Assembly: GCA_046758745.1 (NCBI GenBank)
Contig: JBHIAV010000001.1
Coordinates: 32,001 to 96,000 of the forward strand
Length of the DNA stretch: 64,000 bases
Direction of reading: 5' to 3'
DNA from: Gemmatimonadota bacterium
GTDB taxonomy: Bacteria > Gemmatimonadota > Gemmatimonadetes > Palauibacterales > Palauibacteraceae
Within the stretch, counting starts at the first letter, position 1. The number at the start of each line of letters is the position of its first letter. Below the pieces are notes generated by a model. The model saw only the letters and a program-made list of their open reading frames with translations, was not told the DNA's origin and made no database searches. A program made the translations under genes and the position numbers. Shown here piece by piece: positions 58,268 to 64,000 of the stretch.

Positions 58268-59707
58268 TCACACTCGAAGCTCCACCGCCGGCTCGTCGGC
58301 CACATCGCCTGCCGCGAGCCGCGGCTCCACTCGCTCCCGGAGGAAGCGTTCCACCTGCTCGGGCGCCCGCCCCACCAGCCGTGAGGGCACCGCGAGGTCC
58401 GCGAGGTCGGTCTCCCCCAGCCGGAACGCTGGATCCCCCGCGATCCGCCGGAGGAAGTCGTTGTCCGTCGCCCCCCGGTCGAGTCGTTCGCGCGCGGCCA
58501 TGGCGTGAACACGCGCCCGGTCGTGCAGCTCCTGCCGATCCCCGCCTGCGCGCACACCGGCGATGAGAAGCTGCTCGATCAAGAGGAAGGGGAGCTCGCG
58601 CTCGAGCCTGGCCCGGATCACGCGTTCGTGAACCACCAGGCCCGCCGCGACGTCTCGGGCGATGAGCAGCACCGCGTCCGCGCACAGGTACACTTCCGGG
58701 AGGACGATCCGCCGGATGGCGGAATCGTCCAGGGTGCGTTCCATCCCCTGGACCGCAGCCGTCCACGCCGTGTCGATCGGCAGGGCACACAGGTGCCGCG
58801 CGATGGCGCACATGCGCTCCGACCGCATCGGGTTCCGCTTGTACGGCATGGCCGAGGAGCCGACCTGTCGCTCCGAGAACGGTTCCTCCACCTCGGCGAA
58901 GCTCTGCAGAAGACGGATGTCCCCGCCAAATCGGCCCGCGCTCGCCCCCACGCCGGCGAGCGCGCTCACGATCCGGTGGTCCACCTTGCGTGGGTACGTC
59001 TGTCCGACGACGTCGTACGTCCCCGGAAAGCCGAATCGCTCCGCCAGCCGCGCGTTCAGCCGCTCCACCGCCGAGCCGTCTCCGTCGAAGAGCTCGAGGA
59101 AGGTCGCTTCCGTGCCCGTGGTGCCACGCGCCCCTCGCAGGCGGAGACCTTCGAGCAGCGTCTCGACCTGCTCGAGGTCCATGAGGAGGTCCTGAAGCCA
59201 CAGGGTCGCTCGTTTCCCCACGGTGGTCGGCTGCGCCGGCTGCCAATGCGTGTAGCCGAGAGTAGGGAGGGCAGCCCACCGGCGGGCGAAGCGGGCGAGC
59301 GCCTCGATGGCGGCGAGGAGGCGCCTCCGCACCAGCCGGAGGGCATCGCGGTGTTGGATGAGCCCGGCGTTGTCCGCCACGTAGGCGCTCGTGGCGCCGA
59401 GGTGGAGGAAGGCCCGGGCCTGCGGGGCGACCTCCCCGAAATGGCGTATGTGCGCCATCACGTCATGGCGCAGCTCGGCCTCGAGCGTCGCTATCCGCTC
59501 CGGGTCGATTCGTTCGCGCGCCGCGCGCATCGAGGAGATCGCCTCCTCGGGGATCGCCAGCCCGAGCTCGCGCTCGATCTCGGCGAGGGCGATCCACAGG
59601 TCGCGCCACAGGAGGGCTTGCCGGCGTGGAGAGAAGATGTCGGCCATCTCCGCCGACGCGTAGCGATCGATCAGCGGGTGCGGGTACCGAGCACTAAGGG
59701 GTGGCAA
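58268..59707 (-). CDS. purB: Adenylosuccinate lyase (TTG at 59707 chosen as start)
   Basis: PLIDRYAS, HDVMAH, HLGATS and the signature SSAMPYKRNP. Confidence 0.96.
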   Translation of the reverse strand: MPPLSARYPHPLIDRYASAEMADIFSPRRQALLWRDLWIALAEIERELGLAIPEEAISSMRAARERIDPERIATLEAELRHDVMAHIRHFGEVAPQARAFLHLGATSAYVADNAGLIQHRDALRLVRRRLLAAIEALARFARRWAALPTLGYTHWQPAQPTTVGKRATLWLQDLLMDLEQVETLLEGLRLRGARGTTGTEATFLELFDGDGSAVERLNARLAERFGFPGTYDVVGQTYPRKVDHRIVSALAGVGASAGRFGGDIRLLQSFAEVEEPFSERQVGSSAMPYKRNPMRSERMCAIARHLCALPIDTAWTAAVQGMERTLDDSAIRRIVLPEVYLCADAVLLIARDVAAGLVVHERVIRARLERELPFLLIEQLLIAGVRAGGDRQELHDRARVHAMAARERLDRGATDNDFLRRIAGDPAFRLGETDLADLAVPSRLVGRAPEQVERFLRERVEPRLAAGDVADEPAVELRV

Positions 59708-59709
59708 GT

Positions 59710-61302
59710 TCAGGAGAGCCGGAAGGACGTGGAGTACGCCGTGCGGCCGCGGTAGAACACCACCGTGATGTAGCCGCGGCCCGCGTAGTAGCGGAAGAGC
59801 TCGTTCGCGCGCTGGGTATCCGTCACCTCGTTGCGGTTGATGGAGACGATCACGTCTCCCTCCCGCATCCCCGTCGCCCGGACCGTCCTCGGGTCGATGG
59901 CGATGATCATCGCGCCGGCGTCGACCCGGAGCCGCCGCTCCGCGGCGATCTGCGGCGTCACCGTGATGAGCTGCAGACCCCGGAACACCTCGACCCGCTC
60001 GGCCATCTCGGACGGGAGCTCGTGGATGCGGAGGGATGCGGTCCGCGTTCGGCCGTGCCTCCGATAACGCACCGTCACCTCGGCATTCACCCCGGCGTCC
60101 AGCAGACCCACCTCCCAGTCCAGCGGGCTGGCGATCGGTCGCCCGTCGAGTGCCACGAGGACGTCGTTCGGACGCAAGCCCGCGCGGTCGGCGGGGGAGC
60201 CCTCGGCCACCCGCCGCACCACCGTCTCCCCGCGTAGGGTGTCGGAGTCGAGCGCGATCACGTCGATGCCGACCCACGCCCGCCGTATGCGCCCGAACTC
60301 GCGGAGCTCGTCGGCGATCCGCAGCGCCCGATCGATCGGGATGGCGAACCCGAGCCCCTCCGAGCCCCCGGAGCGCGAGAAGATCGAGGAGTTCACCCCG
60401 ATCACCTTCCCGTCCGCGTTCACCAGTGGGCCGCCCGAGTTGCCCGGGTTGATCGAGGCGTCCGTCTGCACCATATCCGCGTATAGCACCTCGCTCCGCA
60501 TGTCCGATCGGATGTCTCGTCCCACCCCGGAGATGACCCCGGTCGTCACCGTAGCCTCGGAGTTCGCCAGCAGGTAACCGAACGGATTCCCGATCGCTAT
60601 CGCCGGCTCTCCCACCATGAGATCCGAGGAGGTGCCGAGTGGCGCCGGCGGGATGCGTCCCGACGGGACCTTGAGCACCGCGACGTCCGTGAGCTCGTCC
60701 GAGCCGAGGATCTCGGCGCGGTAGATCCTCCCGGTCGCATCCGCTACCACCACCGAGTCCGCATCGCGAACCACGTGATGGTTCGTCAAGATGTGGCCGT
60801 CCGTGTCGATGGCGAAGCCGGAGCCTAGCCCCTGCACCGTCCGTTCGAACCCGCGCGGCACGAAGATGTCGAACAGGCTCCGCGGGATCACGCGCTCGCG
60901 CCGCAGCACGGTCACGCTCACCACGGACGGGGTGACCCGCCGGGCCGCCTCTACGATAGGCGTGAAGCGCCGGCTGGCCTGCGAAAGGGTGGCCTCGCGG
61001 CTCTCCCCCTCGGGCGACAGGGAGCTGCTCCACGGAGCAGCCCGGCCGATCTCCTCCGCGCTCTCGGCTCCGCTTCGTGCGGCCGTCTGGCCGCTCTCCC
61101 CGGCAGCTTCGGTCATCGGAGCGGGGCTGCGGGAAGCGAGGCCGGAGAGCCGCCCCTCGCCGGCGGGTCGAGCGGCGTTCTCCACCGACGAGTCCTCCAC
61201 TTTTGACGCGGAGAGCCCGAGCGCCAGACCGAGGAGGAAGGCCGCCAGGAGGGCGACGAGCACCCACACGACGGCGCGGCGCTTCCCGCGAGGCTCATCC
61301 AT
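59710..61302 (-). CDS. HtrA/DegP-family serine protease with N-terminal TM and two PDZ domains
   Basis: TNHHV, TDVAV, QTDASINPGNSGG and two PDZ-like segments. Confidence 0.94.
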   Translation of the reverse strand: MDEPRGKRRAVVWVLVALLAAFLLGLALGLSASKVEDSSVENAARPAGEGRLSGLASRSPAPMTEAAGESGQTAARSGAESAEEIGRAAPWSSSLSPEGESREATLSQASRRFTPIVEAARRVTPSVVSVTVLRRERVIPRSLFDIFVPRGFERTVQGLGSGFAIDTDGHILTNHHVVRDADSVVVADATGRIYRAEILGSDELTDVAVLKVPSGRIPPAPLGTSSDLMVGEPAIAIGNPFGYLLANSEATVTTGVISGVGRDIRSDMRSEVLYADMVQTDASINPGNSGGPLVNADGKVIGVNSSIFSRSGGSEGLGFAIPIDRALRIADELREFGRIRRAWVGIDVIALDSDTLRGETVVRRVAEGSPADRAGLRPNDVLVALDGRPIASPLDWEVGLLDAGVNAEVTVRYRRHGRTRTASLRIHELPSEMAERVEVFRGLQLITVTPQIAAERRLRVDAGAMIIAIDPRTVRATGMREGDVIVSINRNEVTDTQRANELFRYYAGRGYITVVFYRGRTAYSTSFRLS

Positions 61303-62167
61303 GGGCGAGAGAGCGTCGAAGCGGTGACACGGACCCGTGCTCGTGCTGCGCGGAAACCTCTCCGCACACGCCGGGGATGCCGGCCGGCCGGTTCCACCCA
61401 TCCGGGTAGCGAACGCCCGTGAGGTAGAGGCCGTATGGTGGGGCGGGCCACGGAGGGCGAACCCCCGCGGAGCCGTGCAACAGGGCCCCGATCTCCTGCT
61501 CATCTCGCTGGCCGGACGCGACTTCGACCAGCGTGCCGACGACATATCGTACCATGTGGCGAAGGAAACGGTCCGCCACGATGAGGAACACGAGGTCGCT
61601 CCCGGGGGTGCGCCACCACTCCGCCCGTTCGACCCTGCACCGGGTCCCTCTCTCCGGTTGACCGGAGCGGGCGAACGACTCGAACGACCGCTCCCCGAGG
61701 AGGAGCGGCGTCATGGCGCGAAGCACGCCTTCGTCGGGTGGCCGGCGCGGTACCCAGGCCCGCCCTCGCCGTAGAGGAGAGCGCGCGTCATGACCGTCCG
61801 CGATCAGGTACTCGTACCGCCGCCCCGTGGCGTCGAATCGGGGATGGAAATCCGCTCGCGCGACGCGGGCTTTTTCGATCCACACGTCCTCTGGGAGGTT
61901 GGCGTTGAGGGCGCGGCGAAGCTCCGCGGGCTTCCAGCGCGACGGTGCGTCGAATGCGACTTCCTGCGCGGCCGCGTGGACCCCGGCGTCGGTGCGGCCG
62001 GCGGCGTTCACCCGCACGGGCTCCTTCGGCGTGCTGAAGAGGCGTGAGAGCTCGGCCTGCAGAGTGTCTTGAACGGTTCGATGCGTGGGCTGCGACTGCC
62101 AGCCGTGAAAGGCCGATCCGTCGTAGTGGACGGTGGCTCGTATCCGCACGCGTGCCCGCTGCCGCAC
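61295..62167 (-). CDS. truA: tRNA pseudouridine(38-40) synthase
   Basis: YDGSAFHGWQ, GRTDAGVHA, FLRHMVR, GLYL. Confidence 0.96.
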   Translation of the reverse strand: MRQRARVRIRATVHYDGSAFHGWQSQPTHRTVQDTLQAELSRLFSTPKEPVRVNAAGRTDAGVHAAAQEVAFDAPSRWKPAELRRALNANLPEDVWIEKARVARADFHPRFDATGRRYEYLIADGHDARSPLRRGRAWVPRRPPDEGVLRAMTPLLLGERSFESFARSGQPERGTRCRVERAEWWRTPGSDLVFLIVADRFLRHMVRYVVGTLVEVASGQRDEQEIGALLHGSAGVRPPWPAPPYGLYLTGVRYPDGWNRPAGIPGVCGEVSAQHEHGSVSPLRRSLAHG

Positions 62168-62173
62168 CCGGGC

Positions 62174-62203
62174 AAGCTACCGGCCGCGCGAAGAGAGTGT
62201 CAA
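62174..62203 (-). promoter_or_regulatory. Sigma70 promoter of truA, predicting a leaderless start
   Basis: TTGACA-N18-TAGCTT-N6-GTG. Confidence 0.65.
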
Positions 62204-62441
62204 CCGAACGGTGTCGGTAGTCCGCGGCGGAAGGGAGATCGGGGGCCCGATCGACCGGCGGCGCGGCCGGCTGCCGCAGGCCGGGGAGCGGGCGCGCGCT
62301 TGGCCCCCGGGGGTCCCGACGAATACGTTCGAGCCGAGGTGGTGCCTCCCGTGCGCCTCCGGGTCGAGGGCGGGTGCCCGAGGCGTCGCGGCCCGCGCGG
62401 TTTCCAAGCCGGCCCGGGACAGGCAACGCAGGAGGTTTGAC

Positions 62442-63470
62442 TTGCGGGAGTGGATCCGGAGGATCGGTGAGGGGGAGGCCCTCACCATCGATGAGGCGGA
62501 GGCGGCCTTCGATGAGATCATGCGGGGCCGCGCCACCCCGATCGAGATGGCTGCCCTCCTCGTCGGGCTCAAGGTGCGGGGAGAGACCGCGGATGAGGTG
62601 GCGGGCGGCGTTCGCGCGCTCCGGCGGGCCATGGTCCCCGTGCCCGCGTCCCCGGACCGGCTGCTCGACACCTGCGGGACGGGGGGCGGGACGCTGACCA
62701 CGTTCAACATCTCCACCGCGGCCGCCCTGGTCGCCGCCGCCGGAGGCGCCCGCGTGGCCAAGCACGGAAACCGTTCCTTCACCTCGCGCTCGGGCAGTGC
62801 CGACGTGCTCGAGAGCTTGGGTGTGCCGATCGAGCTGCCGCCCGCCGCCCTCTCCCAGATGCTGGAAGAGGTCGGCTTCGCATTCCTCTATGCGCCGCGT
62901 CTGCACCCGGCGATGCGGCACATCGCCCCGGTCAGGGCGGAGCTCGGCATGACCACCGTGATGAACGTGCTCGGACCGCTCGCCAACCCTGCCTCCGTGC
63001 GTCGGCAGGTGGTCGGCGTCGCCGAGCCCCACCTCCTCCCCCTGGTGGCCGGAGCGATGCGACGCCTCGGGCACGAAAAGGCGCTCGTCGTCCACGGGGA
63101 GCCCGGCATGGACGAGCTGAGCCCGCTCGGCCTTTCGCGCGCCGTTCTGGTCGAGGCCGGCGAGCTCGTGGAGCTTACGTTCCGTCCGGAGGAGTTCGGT
63201 TGGTCCGGCCTCGAGGCGGCCGGGCTCGCGGGAGGGGAGCCGGCGGAGAACGCGCAGCGCGTGGAGGGCGTGCTGCGGGGGAAGCTGCACGGTGCCGCCC
63301 GCGCCGCGGTCGTGCTGAACGCCGCCGCCGCGCTCTACGTCACCGACCTGGCGGCGGATCTCTCCGAGGGAGTGGAGAAGTCGAACGCGCTCATCGACGA
63401 CGGCGCGGCGTGGGAGTCGCTGCAGCGGGTTCGGGCGGCGAGCCGACGGCTCCTGGCCGCTGATCGGTGA
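62442..63470 (+). CDS. trpD: Anthranilate phosphoribosyltransferase
   Basis: DTCGTGG, FNISTA, KHGNRS, LGPLANP; SD GGAGG before TTG 62442. Confidence 0.95.
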   Translation: MREWIRRIGEGEALTIDEAEAAFDEIMRGRATPIEMAALLVGLKVRGETADEVAGGVRALRRAMVPVPASPDRLLDTCGTGGGTLTTFNISTAAALVAAAGGARVAKHGNRSFTSRSGSADVLESLGVPIELPPAALSQMLEEVGFAFLYAPRLHPAMRHIAPVRAELGMTTVMNVLGPLANPASVRRQVVGVAEPHLLPLVAGAMRRLGHEKALVVHGEPGMDELSPLGLSRAVLVEAGELVELTFRPEEFGWSGLEAAGLAGGEPAENAQRVEGVLRGKLHGAARAAVVLNAAAALYVTDLAADLSEGVEKSNALIDDGAAWESLQRVRAASRRLLAADR

Positions 63471-63508
63471 GGATTCGACCGATCGATGAGTCGGACCGGT
63501 AGCGCGGC

Positions 63509-64000
63509 TCAGTACTTTCGGATCACCCCGATCACGATCCCCTGCACCTGCACGCGCTCCGCCCGGATGATCATGGGAGCAAGGGAGGGGTTCGCCGGCT
63601 GGAGCCGCACCATTCCGTGGGCCTCGCGAAAGTATTTCTTCACCGTCGCGCTCTCGCCATCCAACAGGGCGATCACCATTTCGCCGTTCTCGGCCGTCTC
63701 CCGGGCCTGCACGATGACGTAGTCGCCATCGCGGATCTGCTCCTCGATCATGGAATCGCCCCGGACGCGCAGGACGTAATGCGCCGCCGAGCTGGAAACC
63801 ATGTCCTCCGGGACGGCAATCATCTCCTGCTGCTCGATGGCCTCGATCGGCTCGCCCGCGGCCACGGTTCCGAGAAGGGGCAGGTCGACGGCGGCGAGAC
63901 GCATCTCGGTGCGGGAGAGTTCGATGGACCGGCTCTCGTTGTAGTTCTTCCGAATGTAGCCCTTGGCCTCGAGGTTCGTGAGGTGCTCGTGCACGGTGGC
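63509..64000 (-). CDS. lexA: SOS repressor LexA, 5' end outside the window
   Basis: HTH end (ATVHEHL), Ala-Gly cleavage site VAAGEP, catalytic GDSM and TVKK. Confidence 0.95.
   Translation of the reverse strand, partial: ATVHEHLTNLEAKGYIRKNYNESRSIELSRTEMRLAAVDLPLLGTVAAGEPIEAIEQQEMIAVPEDMVSSSAAHYVLRVRGDSMIEEQIRDGDYVIVQARETAENGEMVIALLDGESATVKKYFREAHGMVRLQPANPSLAPMIIRAERVQVQGIVIGVIRKY

Noticed and set aside
58268..61267. 999-aa ORF suggesting a long N-terminal extension on PurB
   Set aside because: The first 520 codons are an Arg/Gly/Pro-rich alternative frame of htrA; PurB similarity starts near 59707
62320..62331. CGAAT-AC-GTTCG as a LexA box
   Set aside because: The spacer is 2 nt rather than the 4 nt of the CGAAC-N4-GTTCG box, the flanking genes are not SOS genes, and the lexA promoter is outside the window

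Overview
High-GC bacterial chromosomal window made up almost entirely of housekeeping genes. Gene order and protein style suggest Gemmatimonadota, but that is inference. The plus strand carries glgB (5'-truncated), glgA, tRNA-Val(TAC), a secreted TPR protein and a dcw cluster from mraZ to ftsZ with an MraZ operator and no ddl. It continues with an M23 peptidase, a vWA membrane protein, ftsY, recG, asnS, a small membrane protein, alr, cdd, a lipoprotein, a beta-barrel, miaB, a LapA-like gene, comEC, fbp and trpD. The minus strand carries mazG, an alpha/beta hydrolase, a long truA-htrA-purBCSQLF-ppdK-5'-nucleotidase-add run, an Oar-like TonB-dependent receptor and lexA (truncated by the window edge). 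I found no transposase, integrase, cas gene or canonical CRISPR. The most unusual observations are: (1) an unexplained 8-unit, ~23-nt degenerate repeat array between asnS and a small membrane protein gene with an ECF-type promoter; (2) a purS absent from the ORF track that appears to start at ATT and lies in frame behind the purC TGA; (3) a candidate nucleotide-scavenging module (5'-nucleotidase lipoprotein, adenosine deaminase, TBDR) attached to the pur genes; (4) a symmetric bidirectional promoter and several predicted leaderless transcripts. None can be claimed as a new system from sequence alone.
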